Source of the DNA: Mytilus galloprovincialis | Taxonomy: Eukaryota | Assembly (NCBI RefSeq): GCF_965363235.1 | Contig: NC_134841.1 | Coordinates: forward strand, 74,781,723 to 74,845,722 | Direction of reading: 5' to 3' | DNA length: 64,000 nucleotides | In this document: positions 15,832-29,413 of the stretch, piece after piece | Layout of the letters: the number at the start of each line of letters is the position of its first letter | How positions within the stretch are numbered: position 1 is the stretch's first letter | Position numbers and translations under genes: made by a program | Notes under the pieces: generated by a model | Told to the model about the DNA's origin: nothing | Databases searched by the model: none | What the model saw: only the letters and a program-made list of their open reading frames with translations

Positions 15832-18800
15832 TGATAGTTGTCATGTAGTCTCATTTTATGTTGTATCATATTGACACAAATTTTGTGAGAGTTATGAATG
15901 GTGCAAATGATCATATATATTATTTCTCATTTTATAGCATTATCTCCCTTAAACTTACCCATACCCATAAATTTACTGCATATGATATTTTAATGTCCAT
16001 TTTATAATATTTGTAAGTTTATTTTACTGTTAGAGTTTGATTTGCATAAAGCTAAGTTTTCTGTGACCTCTATATTTAATAGCAAGTGGAAATGGCAAAT
16101 TTTATAATTATATGCTTGAAATTCACTTATTTTAACTGACAAGTCGACTTTAGCCAGGAAAATGAATGATGTAGAATTATGGACATTAGTTGATCTATAT
16201 TACATACAAGTAGACTTAAAAGAAACCTTTTTAAGAAGAATAGAAAAATAAACCATGAAGGTGGTACCTAACACTACAGGGAGATAACTCTGTAAAATCA
16301 GCTAAACATTTTAATTATGTTGTGTTGATAAGGGAATATTATGCTTCTCAATGATAAAAATTAGTGTTTGTCAAACTGCTATATATATAACCAGTGTAAT
16401 TTTTCTGATAAAATGGTTGGTTCAAATTTTTTGAAATTTTTATAATTTTGTCAAAGGGTCAAAGTGTTTACTGTCAAAATTTTATGAAAATTAAACGAGC
16501 CAAATTAATTTTAGTGAAGGTGTTGGGTACCACCTTAAACTACATTTTGGGAAAGAAACAATATTTTAGAACTTGGATTGATCCTTGCACTTCATTTGTC
16601 AAATTTCTAATACTTTGATATGAATATTGCCACTATTAAATGTAAATACAAATTTTAGGAAATTACCATGAAAAAATAGTTTATTGACAAGTATGTAGAA
16701 AACCTGGAATTTTAATAGTATTCTGTTGACCTCTGCTTTTATAGGAGTCAGTATAATATTATTCAGTACAAAAGTTGACCTCAGTATATTTTGTTTATTG
16801 ATAAGAAGGCATTTTATAAATTGTTTTATTTTTAACAATAGAAAAAACAACAACAAGAAACTAATGATTATAAAAGAGCATAATAATTTCTAGGAAGATT
16901 TGTCCCCTTCTAAAATATGTAACGCAAAGTCTGATTTTATTTATTCACTGATATATATAGTACAAAGGTCTTATATGAGCTGTTATAATAAATGTTAAGG
17001 GATACTATAAAAAAATAAAAAATTAGCATAATGTTCAAGACATTGTCTGAAATTTTTCAGGAAGGTCAGCAGGCCTGAAGAGGTATTTTAGGTATCTAGA
17101 CTAATTCCATTTGTATTTTTATCAATATAACAGGCTTTTCATAAAAGATGGCCATACCTTTATTGAACATTGATTCAAAAGCTGATACATGTACCTTTTA
17201 TTTTTTAATGTTTTGATATTATTTTCACAAAAGTTTGTGTTTTTATGAAAAGTAAGTTCAACTTTTATACATGTATCTCCTTTGACATGAATTTCCCACA
17301 AAACCAGCTTGTTGAATTTTAGCTTTATAATATTTTTATGACAAAGGTCTAGGTTGTTGAATTTGAAGTGAAAATGTCACATTATAAGTAGCATCTGTGA
17401 ATTTAGTGGAAATTTAACACACAAAAATTTAATTTGCTGTTTTGATCACCTAATAACCACAGGAATAATTGAAAGGTACATCAGCATGTTGGCGTTGTGT
17501 ATAATTATTTCAATTATTATTTATATAGCATTGTATTATCACCTATGAGCGGGTCTTTTAATACCTCAGACTACCAACTCGTTAATGTTATTTATTAAAT
17601 TTATAGCTAATTCTGTTTGAACACAGTTTATGCATTTTGTTAAAATATCTCCACATATATTTATCATATGATCATTTAAACCAATGTTGATTTTTTTCTG
17701 ATAGATGAAAGATATTGTTTTGTTATTGTGGGCTTATGAGAAATTTTAAAATGGTGCTCACTGGTCTGTGTACAAGGGAGATTATTCTCTGTTCACAGGA
17801 AAAAATAATTTACACAGCTTTGATTGGAAATTGAAGCTGTCATTGACAGGTATTTGTAATTGTCGTCACTGGCAATGAGTATTTGCAAGTGGTTTGTTCA
17901 ATCTTGTTGCAGAGTTTTTTATTTACTTTGTTCTACCTCATAAGTTTTGTTCAATTGTCTATGTGAATCTAACATCTTTTTGAGAAGTCAGTATGCTACA
18001 AAAAATCACTGTCATAATCCTACAAGAAAAAGAAAGTGTTATCATTTTTTTTTTTGGCTGCATTTACATTTACATTTTCTAAGAATACATATTATACAAC
18101 GAAAATGGACCAAAGATGAATTTCACATCCTTGCCTCAGAAGCTTAGTATCTTCTCCTAGCATAACTTGGGAAATAATAAAGATGGTAGTAAATTTGTCT
18201 CCCTTTTTCTAATCCTTATCAAAAGGAACATAAGTTGAAGGCAGTGATGTTTGAAGAAAACTTTTGTCTGATGGAATAGTGTATTTTTTTCCAACAGTGA
18301 AACGAGTAAAATTGCAAAAGTTGCCAAAAAATAGGGGAAAAAGAAAGAATTTAGAATGTAAGTTTGTTATAGTTTGCTTTAGTGTATTTTTTTATTTTTA
18401 TGCACTGATAGTTGGATTGATTGAAGAAAGAGTCATGTTTTGTTTTAAAATCCACGTTGAATGCAAATGTTTTAGTTTGTCAGATTTTATAAAAAAGGAA
18501 GGAAAAATGTAATGCAATGTATGTTTCATTTAAGTATATCATCACATATTTATTTATGTCATTTTTTTCCCTAGTCAGTCAGTGGTATATATTGTAGTTA
18601 TTTAGAATTTCTGTAATATTCGGAACTTGTATTTTTAATCATCAGTGATTGTGCAACCAAAATATCAGAGTTTTTGAAAATATGTCAATATAATCTTTTA
18701 ACAAAGTCATAGAGATGAATTGGAACTAATACAAAAATTAATGTTCTACTTTTATTTTAAATGAGAAGACTTATAATAAGTTAAATTTAATAAAAATTTA

Positions 18801-19868
18801 AAAGCATCTCACACACTGAAAAAGTTGTGGGTGCTAAAATTTCCCATTTATTAACTCTGATGTTTTGTGTGTAGAATAGTAGGTTATTTCTAACAGGGCT
18901 TTTCTAGAAAAGAAAAAAAAATGATAATATTGAAGAAAGATTAATACTTTTGTTATTTCAATATATTGGGGATTAGGGAAAAGGATCAAAAACAGTTGTC
19001 ATTTCATTTGATTGGGACAATTTACCTGTTTTTAAAAAATCAGTATTCTAAATTTCTTTATTTATTTATTTATATGCAAGCAATTTCTTCATTAAAGTTT
19101 GGTTTTGGCATCTGCTCGGAAAAACCAAGAAAATCAACATCAAATACAATTTAATGACAACATGGTCTATGTTTGCAGCCATAACTGTTTCTAGAAAGGC
19201 CCTTTTTTATCATCCAGATAAATTATGTTTGATGCCAAGTGAATTTATAAAAATTGTGCAATTGATTTATTTTTAATTGTGTATCAATATTGAATGTATC
19301 TGTACATGTATGTTCTAAGTAAATTAAGTGATGAATGCTAATCTTATTTATACACTGTACATCAGAATTGGAATGTGTACATGTTGAAATCAATGTCAAG
19401 TCAGCTCAATTGTCATGACACTGCAAAGGCTTGTTTTGTCTTCTTAAGGTTTCTACCTTCCCTGACTTGTGACTTCCTACTGGTTCTTAGGAAAACATAT
19501 AATGGCTTCTTTTTATATATACTTTACACGTTTAGCTAAAATAATATTAAGTGATTGTACATGATACTGAAGAGGCAAATTTACTGAAAAATAGGAAGTC
19601 AAGATGACCAAAAGATGTCTATGGTATGGTCAGCCTAGTGACTAGCATGATTATGAAACTTTTGTAAAATATCTAATGTCTTGTATATAAGATGTCAGTT
19701 TGATAAAACATGTCAGATTTTTGTTCAATAACAGACATTTTATTTTAAAAAAAACAAATTGAATTGTATCTGAAATTTACGTATCAATGGTTAGTTGAAG
19801 TTCATCCATGTTGTATGTTACAGTACTGATTTTGCATTTATTATCTTTATGTCTTGGTTTTTATAAGT

Positions 19869-19996
19869 GATCTAATGATCACTTAAGAGACCAGGACATT
19901 AATGCAAAATCAAACAATCACTTAAAAGACCAGGGCATTATTGCAAAATCACACCATCACTTGAAAGACCAGGACATAAATGCACAAAATTACATG
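19869..19996. repeat. Minisatellite, ~39-bp unit x3 (ATCACTTAAGAGACCAGGACATTAATGCAAAATCAAACA)
   Basis: Three tandem imperfect copies seen directly. Confidence 0.5.
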
Positions 19997-22639
19997 ATCA
20001 CTTTGGGTTCTGATTTTTAAAATTAAAACAGTCATGTTACTTGTATTTTTCATATCATAAATGAAGAAAAAACAAGCCTTTACTTTAATAATTGAAACTA
20101 CCTTAATTTTAAGTTGACATTGACAGGATTATTATATCTTGGGATTTTCATTCAGTAATTATATTATGATGTTGTTTTCAATTGTTTAATTTATGTACAT
20201 TTATCAGCAATCTAATAATTTAAAACCGTCCATGGGATGAAAATTATGCCATGCAAACTGGAGTAGGTTTTTATTTCCCTAAAGTTGGTGGATAACAATA
20301 TGTGAATTTTAAAAACAACCATGACAAAATGTTGCCTTGGATTTGTTTTGCTAGAGAATGTACTATACTTTTGTTTGGCTATGCCTTTCTAATATTTATT
20401 TGATTTTTTAAATTGTATCTCTCAAAAAAGCAGTATGACCTTGACAAGTCCTTATTTATTTGAAATAATAGTATTGTTTATTACATATATACTACAGGTT
20501 ATTTCATGCAAGTTTTTATTTATTTTTTTCAAAATAATTGTTTTGCAAAATTATTAAGAGGAAAAATAACTGATATTTTTTTCAAAATACAATCACAAAC
20601 AGTAACTGTTATAGAATTGAAAGGCCTTGTATTGCTCTGTTACAAACATGTTTTGGAAAAAAAAGACATGATATAAGAGGGTTTACACTTTATCTATCGT
20701 CTATTGAAATACCAAGAGAAATATAGAAAAAGTACAAAAAGGGGTTCAACACCCAAAAGATATTTTGTTTTTTTTTATTTTATTTAATACGTAAAAAAAA
20801 ATGTTATTAACAGACTTGCCAAACACCAAGAGAGTTGAATATTACTTAGAGGCAGAATTAAAGTAAATAATACACTGTAATGTAAGGTTTGAATTGAAGA
20901 ATCCATTTGATTTGATGTAGTAAAATGATGAATTGATGTCATGAAATGTCCTCACATGGAGACAGTTGTAGGATACACATAAGTATCAACTGATAATCAA
21001 GCAAAACAAATATAAGTCATTGCAAAGTTATTTGTTAGTTTTTGATGAATTGAAATACATTGACAAGATTTTAACAGATTTTTTATGAAATGGCAGAGTT
21101 GTATTGTTAAACTTTTCTATTTTCTTGTAGATAGGGTAATGTAATCTTTTGTGTCCTATACTCCAGATGATATCTTTGAGATTATTTTATTAATGTCATT
21201 ATTCAAAAATGTCTTTTCATTGTATCTACACTAAAGAACAGATTAAAAAAAGAATGAATTTTCCTGAGAAAACCAAGCATTGTTTGCTCTGTATTGGAGT
21301 AAGGGAACCAGTTTCTACAAAGGGATTACATTGTCCTTTCTTATATAGATCAGAATTAATGGATGGTGTGTTAGATTGCTCAGTGCTGACTATAGCAGCA
21401 TACTTATTGTCACATTAAAATGTTCTGAGTATTAAATAAAGTATAATAAATATATCAACAGTTGACTATTATTTTAAACATGACTAAAAGGAGACATGGG
21501 ACAAATGTCATTGAGATAGCAACCCATGTATTTAAGTAAACCAAAACAAGTATTAAGTGGCCAAATTGTTTTTTAAAGGCAAATTTAGGTTTATTGATTT
21601 TGATGATGTTTTTTTTGCGAAGTAAGATTGAAAAGAAAGAAAAGTGCATGAGGCAATATTATGATATCTCAAAAAGTTCAAAAGAATAGCTCTTTTATTA
21701 CTATTTTTTGTACCTATCTAAAAAAGAAGTGGGATGCAGAAAATACCAAAGCGACAATCAAAATTTATAATTTCGAAGATGAAACTAAAAAACTGCAGTC
21801 TACAAAAAACACTAAGAGGGACTTAGACGTGCTGTTGTCAGTGTCAGCAGTGTAAACCATTGTTAAGTTACTGATAAGGTCAGTTTTAGATGAACCACCA
21901 AGTCCATGATATTATGTATGCAGTTGTGTTAGCATTGACACATGTCTCATTGTCCCCTGCCTTGTCATGAGTCATTGACCAAATTTTTTTGCATAGTTTA
22001 CATGATCAAGGTTGTAATTAGGTCAGTATAGGCAAAACTTATTGAAAAAAATACATATCTAAGAAATTTGAAAAGAAAAAGTTATATGGGATGTAAAATC
22101 ATTGTAACCCTCACCCATTTTCTCAAAATTTTGGCTGAAAAGACTAGATTAGTAATAAAATTTGAAAATTTTATTACTCAAAAACTGCTTATTGGAAATG
22201 TACAATTTTTTCACAGAGTAAAGTTTGATTATGATATTTTTCAAATTCATTGCTATTTTCCACTTTTAACCCATGTTTTGGAAATAATTTCAGAACGAGA
22301 TTTCAATGAGACTGAATGAGACATCCTTAAGCCTTGATTCATACCAATTCCATGTCCCAACCCCTCAATTGTAGTCAGTTGAAATCACACGTTTTGCCTA
22401 GTTTCGATGTTGAAGTTTTTGATTTTATTATTTGCATATACTATTAAATTACAAACAGGAAATATTAATCCCACATTATGCATGGATTAAGTGCAGAACA
22501 AAAAAGTCACATCTGACACCAGGAAGAGGCAACGTCTTGAATAAGTAAAATACCCATCATGCAAAAATTAGTATGTATTGATATTGATTATGGTTAGTGG
22601 TCTTTCTGATTTGAAATGATCCGTCAAAGGGAGGCAAAT

Positions 22640-23660
22640 GATAACAAAGGGACATTCAAACTCATAAGTTGAAAGTTGACATCGCAAATTTTAAACAAAG
22701 AAAAAAAGTCAAAAAGACATCCAACAGTACACAAATTACAAAACATAAAAAACTAGACTGATCAACATGAACCCCACTAAAACTGGGGTGATATCATGTG
22801 CTCCGGAAGAGTAAGCACATCCTGATCCACATGTTGCACCCATCGTGTTGCTCAGGGTAGTACACACACAATTATTAGACTAATTAGGTTGTTCACATTT
22901 GGGGAAAAGTGGACGAGACATGTAGTTACGACAATTTGAATGTTACATTTGATATCTGTGAAACAGATATTCCATAAGGCCAATCAACTCGTGATGGCGT
23001 CTGTAAAATTAACGAAAACTTAAAACTCTTGGTTTAATAGCTTTCTTGTCAACAGCAACTCAAAGAAATCGTAATAGTAATTAAAGTCCTGGAATTCTGT
23101 ATCAGCTGGGAGATATATACTCCGTATACAGGCGCTGCCGGAATAATGATACATACAAATGGAAAGTTCACGATTGGGAAGCTGGAATCTCTTTTGTCGT
23201 AAAGTGTTAAATTTTGTATTTACGCAAGACGCGAGTTTTGTCTACAAAAGACTCATCAAACACGCTCGAATCCAAAAAAGTTTAAAAGGCCAAATAAAGT
23301 ACGAAGTTGAAGAGCATTGAGGACCAGAACTCCTAAATTTTTGCCAAATACAGCTAATGTAATCAATTCCAAGGCTCCATGTGGAAGGCAGTACCTCTAA
23401 CGTATATACATTGCGACTTGGATGGAGAGTTGTCTTATTAGTTCTCCTACCATATCTCATTTTCTGTTGTTTTAAAACGACCGTCAATTTCAATTTCTAG
23501 ATGTAAGTTAAGATATGAAGCAGAACTGTATCTGTTGTATCCCTGTCTGATGAATAAATGCGTATAACATAGTCACCAAATTTTTGATTATTAAAGGAGA
23601 GAACATCATTTAAAGAAAGGAAATTAAATTAAACGATACTGCAAACTTCAATGTTTTCTT
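22640..23660 (-). mobile_element. Interspersed repeat family copy contiguous with Penelope-like RT tail (orientation -), carries a decayed hammerhead motif
   Basis: Homologous in reverse orientation to 48763-49320 (e.g. GCAGCGCCTGTATACGGAGTATATATCTCCCAGCTGATAC vs its reverse complement at ~48920; CGTGATGGCGTC block shared). The 23560-23660 segment matches the RT motif-C tail of the 48690-48760 PLE fragment. Smaller fragments at 24760-24970, 32084-32340 and 52150-52200. Confidence 0.45.
23221..23265 (-). ncRNA. Hammerhead ribozyme motif, degenerate (TTGATGA..AAAAC)
   Basis: Reverse complement reads CGTGTTTGATGAGTCTTTTGTAGACAAAACTCGCGTCTTGCGTA. HHR architecture with point changes in the catalytic core. 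Confidence 0.35.
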
Positions 23661-23831
23661 GTATGAATTCAGCCTCAGTTGAATAAAGAAACAAGTCGGC
23701 AAGAAGAGAAGCATAGTTGGTTCTCATGGGAATACGAATTGTTTGTTGAAAATAAAATTAAACACGTCAATAACTATGAAACCCGTTTATTTGCTGATAA
23801 TAGCTATCAAAGGTACCAGGATTATAATTTA

Positions 23832-23875
23832 GTACGCCAGACGCGCGTTTTGTCTGCACAAGACTCATCAGTGAG
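23832..23875 (-). ncRNA. Hammerhead ribozyme motif, near-intact (CTGATGA core, GAAAC->AAAAC)
   Basis: Reverse complement reads CACTGATGAGTCTTGTGCAGACAAAACGCGCGTCTGGCGTAC, followed by the conserved TAAATTATAATCCTGGTACCTTTGATA tail. Confidence 0.45.
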
Positions 23876-25747
23876 TTATAAAGTCAAAACAAGTACAAAG
23901 TTGAACAGCATTGACGATCCAAAATTCAAAAAAAAAAAAAACTGTGCCAAATACGGATAAAGTAACTATGCATGGGATATGAAAATCCGCAGTTTATCGA
24001 AAAATTCAAAGTTTTATAAACAGGAAATTTATAAAAATGACAACATAACATTGATGCTGATACTTTGGAAAGATTGTTCTTGGAGCACTAGGAAGAGTCA
24101 GCAAAATAACGTAGTTTGTAAGGTTAATTATGTAGTAAGGTATCCAATACAGTGACAGAAAATCCAGTTCTTCATCTTTGGTTGAATATCCAGAGGAACA
24201 AACGTAGCTATGATTATGAAGAATTTCCTTCTTTGTAAGTTTCGATGGGGTTTAAAAGTTGACTTTCTAAGTGAAATGTCAATACAATTTCCAAGCATTT
24301 AGTACAATGTGTTTTACACACAAAACGATGTAGTTTTTGGCTTTACCTGCATGGACAACACTATATTTGTCCAGTAGATAAAACAAGTGTTTTGCAACAT
24401 TTGGGTCTGTACAAATTGATGTAGTATGGGTATTCATAGAGACATTCAGTTTTCAATTCTTATTTGTGTCACAGCCTTAATCAATTCGGGAAGATTATAT
24501 AGGTCTTCTTTCTCGACTTAATACCATTACCTGGCATAATCCTCGACTTGATATATAATTATTTTGAAGTTGTAGTTCGATTGATGGATTTAGGCGGACG
24601 AAATGTCGGGCCTTTGGATAACACATTTTGCGGAGAAGTGTGATTGACAATGCTTAGGTCATAAGTAATAACGTTGCCAGCCGGACAATATATGAATGGA
24701 GAACTAGCACAGATGCAGAGGTTTAGACTTGAAGTCGTCAATATTGAGATCCAACATCACGTGATTGTAGAGTAAGAACATCCTGCTCCATATGTTTAGT
24801 TTAGTATATTTATATTAAAAAAAGGTCGAAAGATACCAAATGGTTATTCAAATTGATAAATCGAAAATAAACTGACAACGCCAAGGTTAAAAAAAGAAGC
24901 AGATATCAATAGTACACAAAACACAACATAAAAAAAGACTAAGCAACACGAACCCTCAAATGATAGATACAGGCTGATCTTTAAAATGTAAACTGCATCG
25001 AGGAATCATCAGTTCGGAAGTCAGGACTTCGGTACCGATTACCTCAACATTGACTACACAATTAACATTTTGTACGACTGACGTAATCTAAAAAAGACTG
25101 CAACGTGTATATTTCTGTCTGACAGGTATCATTTGACATGGACATCGTTTTCATGGTTTATTGGTCAATGTTAAGCCTTCTTTGTTTAGTTTGGTTCTTA
25201 GATACTATATGCAATTTGATCCAAATAATAATTTTAAGGTGTACATATCTGTTTTGCATGCTTTATTGATCAATATAAAACTTTCATTGTTTGGTCTGTT
25301 ACATTTATACTATATATAAGCAATAGGTCAACAATATTTGGTGTATGGCAAGATTGTGGGGTGTACATGTATTCATGGTTTGGTTTATCTGACATTACCT
25401 CATTTTCTTTGATCATGTAAAGTTTATGTGATACATGAAGTTAAACTTTATATCAACATAAATTCAATGGCAAATAATACATGCGAAACATTCCAGCGTG
25501 TGCACTTATATTTATTAACCCTTTCATCAGCCCAGTAGTCAGCACTTCGGTGTTGACATGAATATCAATTATATGGTAATTTTCATAAATTTCCTGTTAC
25601 AAAACTTGGAATTTTTCGAAAAACTTAGAATTGTCTTATCCCAGGAATTGATTACCTTATCCGTATTCAGCACAACTTTTTGGAATTTCGGATCCTCAAT
25701 GCTCTTCAACTTTGTACTTGTTTGACTTTATATTTTTTTTTTATCTG

Positions 25748-25793
25748 AACGTCACTGATGAGTCTTATGTAGACGAAACGCGCGTCTGGCGTA
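25748..25793 (+). ncRNA. Hammerhead ribozyme (type I-like minimal HHR), intact catalytic core
   Basis: ACGTCA-CTGATGA-GTCT(tatgt)AGAC-GAAAC-GCGCGTCTGGCGTA. Has CUGAUGA and GAAA boxes, 4-bp helix II with 5-nt loop, short helix III (CGC/GCG) and a GUA cleavage triplet. Helix I is ~1 bp, as in dimeric PLE/retrozyme HHRs. Confidence 0.65.
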
Positions 25794-25847
25794 TTAAATT
25801 ATAATCGTGGTACCTTTGATAACTATTTCAACTTTTTTTTATTTTAT

Positions 25848-25884
25848 CGTAACTGACGAGTAATTATAAACGAAACGCGTGTAC
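25848..25884 (+). ncRNA. Hammerhead ribozyme motif, degenerate (CTGACGAG...CGAAAC)
   Basis: AACTGACGAGTAATTATAAACGAAACGCGTGTAC. Core boxes recognisable; helix II lost. Confidence 0.3.
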
Positions 25885-28023
25885 AAAATGATCAAAATAC
25901 TAACTTGACAACCAAGTCACTGCTGATAGAGGTTTCTTCTAAGAAGGTATAACTAACTTAGCAGTCAGCACTTGTGTTTTGTTGAAATGAATTCTCATTG
26001 ATATGGCCATACTTAAAACCTAATTATTACACTACTTTGTTTTGTTCGAAATGCTAAAGAATGTATATCCATGGAATAAATTACCATGGCTATGTTTAAC
26101 AAAAAAAGTCGGAAAGATTGGTCCTCAATGCTCTTCAACTTCTTAATTTATTTGTTTTTTTACTTTTTATATTCGATTGCGTCGATGAGATTTGCGCGTC
26201 TAACGTTCAAAATAAAAAGTGTGGTATTTTTGATGATTTTTTTTTAAAACACAATGTCGATGCCTAACATGATTGAGATTTCCTCTCTGAGGGTATCACC
26301 AGCACGGTAGTCAGAAATTTTGTGTTGACATGAATTATCACAAACTACCTGTTCCAAACACTTTGAATTGCTTGAAATATTTATGATTTTTTATACCCAA
26401 GTCTAGATTATGTGAGCTGTATTTGACAAAACATTTTGGAATTTTGAGTTCTAAATGCTCATTGATTTACTTTCTTTATTTATTGAGCCTTTGATCCTTT
26501 TTTACCGCGTGGCAGATGAGTATTATGGTACCATTGATAAGTTGTTTTACAAACACTTGGTCGATGCCACTGCTGGCATGAATTATCCTTAGGATGGTCT
26601 TATTTCTAAATTAACTGTTTACGAAACTTTGAATTGTTCATAATATTGTTACGAAATGTGGGTCCCCTGAAATTTAACTTGTTCCCCTAAAATTGTGTGA
26701 TGACGTTGTTCAGACTAGAATACTGTTAAGATATTTGATATTTGTATTTATCGGTAATTTGTACATATTTCCTTTGATGTGTACTCGCTGATAATGTCAG
26801 TATCAGTGGACTGGCAGTGATATAAAAATTAGGGGGTCAGTACGCAAATGACATGCGCGAATGCAACGCGCAAAGATCTACTTTTCTCTTTCATTCGCAA
26901 AATTGCGCGTGAATTTTTTCGCAGAAATGAACGAATTTTTAGGCGAATGAAACACTTGTCATTGTTTGAAGCTCCCACAAAGTTAGTTTAGCCTTTTTGA
27001 TTGATTGTTGTGAAAATATGCCATGCACAGATAAACTTTATCTACACTATTATTGATAAATGCAATTCAAGCTTTCCTTGCTATTCACATGCCAAGGACG
27101 TACGTCTAACAGTAACATTTCGTTCATGCTGTTCCAATCCGAGTTTTTATTCATAAAATACCAATACATAGCCTGGTGCTGTTCCAAGTATAGTTTTCTT
27201 TTTCTGCTTCTTGAGAAGTATTTGTTTTACTTGTTCAGTCACTATAAAGTGTAATAGTTCATATTTAGACGCAACACATAAATAGTGACCAAAAAGGTAC
27301 CACTATTGCATGAGAGAATCTAGGGAAGAAAATGAAATACACATTTTCGACATTTTTGTGGGACTGTCATATACAATTTTAAAAGATGTGGTTTCATTGT
27401 CAATATAAAAGACAGATATTCATAGAACGAAGAGCAAAATAAAAGAACATATTTAAATGCAGATCTAGGATAAATTTTAAAAAGGGGGCACCAAACTAGA
27501 GGCTCACCTGATATTTTACTGTGATAAAGTCAGTATCAAAAACAATAATAAAGTCTGATATTTTACTGCGATAAAGTCCGTATAAAAAACAAAAAGTCTT
27601 TATTCTATATGTATTGATGATATTTAATGCATTTAACATTGAGTTTTACCATACAAAACCTTTACTCTAATCTACTCTTTTATATACGAGTTATTACCTC
27701 ACAAGAGTAACCAACCTTACCCGAATGGTAGACATATAACCAGAGTGCTACGAAACCAAAAGGCCATTCTACCGAAGAAGGGTCACCAGTAATAACTTGT
27801 ATTTCTTATATACTCGTACATTCTATCAAAACACATTCTTATAGCAACGCACTAAGACATAAACATTTATAGTTTAACACTAAGGCCCGACTGCTCGGTT
27901 TTCCTTACAATACTTATAATTGTATACCCCAGGAATAAATTACTTTGGCTGCATTTGACCAGACCCTTAGGAATAATAAGTTCTCAAAAGAAAATTTTTT
28001 TATTAAGCCTTTTTACTTTTTTT

Positions 28024-28071
28024 AGCGTCACTGGTGAGTCTTATGTAGACAAAATGTGCATCTGGCGTACA
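28024..28071 (+). ncRNA. Hammerhead ribozyme motif, degenerate (CTGGTGAG...AAAAT)
   Basis: AGCGTCACTGGTGAGTCTTATGTAGACAAAATGTGCATCTGGCGTAC. Confidence 0.3.
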
Positions 28072-29351
28072 AAATTATCAACCTGGTATATTTGATGAGT
28101 TAGTTTTACAACCACTGGGACGATGTCACTGCTGGTGGAGGTTTCGTACCCGAGAGTACCACCAGCCTAGAAGTTATCACAATTGTGGTGACATGAATTA
28201 TCTCTTATATGTTCATACCTATAAATTAACTTATCACAAAATTGAATGATTCGAATAACAAAGGATTTTAACCATAATAATAGATTACCGTAGCTGGATA
28301 TGCAAAATATTTCGAAATATAGGCCCTCAGCGGTCTTCAACTCAGCACTTTATTATTGATATGGTCATATTTATAAAATAACTTATCACAAAGCCTTGAA
28401 TTGTTCGAAATAACTATATAGTTATTGTTTCGCCCCGACGCTCTTAGTTCTGGATCTTTCGACCCATCTCTGTTATGAGATGTCTTTTCGATTTCGTTCT
28501 AACTGGTCTTTCATTTCAGCCTCACCTGTTCTGCGCCCAGATATCTTCGGACATATTTTTCCTTTCCCTTCTTGTATCCATCTTAGGGCAACTCTGGTCT
28601 TATCTTCACCTGGTCTTCGTAGAACATGACCAATCTATCTTCATCTTTATTGCCACAGTAGAGTTCCATGTTGTAGCCCTGTTGTTTCATTGGAACCTTT
28701 GTTTATGATCTTACGTGATCAGAATGTCCTTAAAAGCTTTCTAAGGTAGTCGTTGTAAAAACTGGAAAGATTGTTAATGTCTTTTCAGTCATTCTTTAGT
28801 ATTCTGTTCTATATGACAGCACTGATAGTACACATCTACAGTATAGGGTAATTTTAAGGTTCCGTCTGATGTTGCTATACTTCAAGATGTTGCGTAGCTT
28901 TAAAAAGCAGTTCTTGTTTTTCATATTCTGGCTCGGATGACTTTATCTACTCATCCATCTAATGCTACAATGCTGCCTAGGTAAGAGAATGATGAACTGC
29001 ATTACAGATGTGTCCCATTCATATCTATTATAGGAGGCTTTTAAAAGATGTTAAGGGGTATAAACTCTGATTCGGTGATGTTTAGTCCAACCTGACTTAC
29101 ATTCCCTTGTAACTTGGTGGTTTTGGTTTGAATCTATTTTTAAAGATGTGCCAGTAAAGCCAGATGATCTGCGGTGTCCAGGGTTTGAAGTCATAAAACT
29201 TTGCTCACTGCTTGGAGCACAAAAATCATGCTCGAAACATGAAATCCAGCATTTTGATTGGTTGATTTTGGAGTATGAGTACAAAAAAATGACCCGAAAG
29301 TTTTATGACTTCAAGGCCAGATCTTGGAAGATCTTCCATAGTTCGAGCTAA

Positions 29352-29377
29352 ACTAATGAGTCTTTTGTAGACGAAAC
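29352..29377 (+). ncRNA. 5' half of a hammerhead motif (CTAATGAGTCTTTTGTAGACGAAAC) interrupted by transposon insertion
   Basis: Joins with 33154-33175 (CGAAACGCTTGTCTGTCGTA) to restore CTAATGA-GTCT..AGAC-GAAAC-GCTTGTCTGTCGTA once the element and one TSD copy are removed. Confidence 0.5.
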
Positions 29378-29413
29378 TATGGAACGCCGTAACTGCCTTA
29401 TGGTACTTCATTC

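Larger units (their letters stand above)
25480..28450 (+). repeat. Tandem array of ~340-bp hammerhead-ribozyme-bearing repeat units (retrozyme / Penelope-LTR-like), >=5 units, several decayed
   Basis: Recurring unit blocks: ..CAGCACTTCGGTGTTGACATGAATTATC.., ..TTTTGGAATTTTGGGTCCTCAATGCTCTTCAACTTTGTA.., then HHR, then ATAAAATTATAATCCTGGTACTTTTGATAACTATT. HHR copies at 25748, 25848, 26181, 26505 and 28024 show graded decay. Confidence 0.5.

Noticed and set aside
29180-29320. 20-bp inverted repeat TGAAGTCATAAAACTTTG ... CAAAGTTTTATGACTTCA flanking ~95 bp
   Set aside because: Isolated short hairpin inside the HHR repeat unit; no second copy or coding signal to support a specific call.
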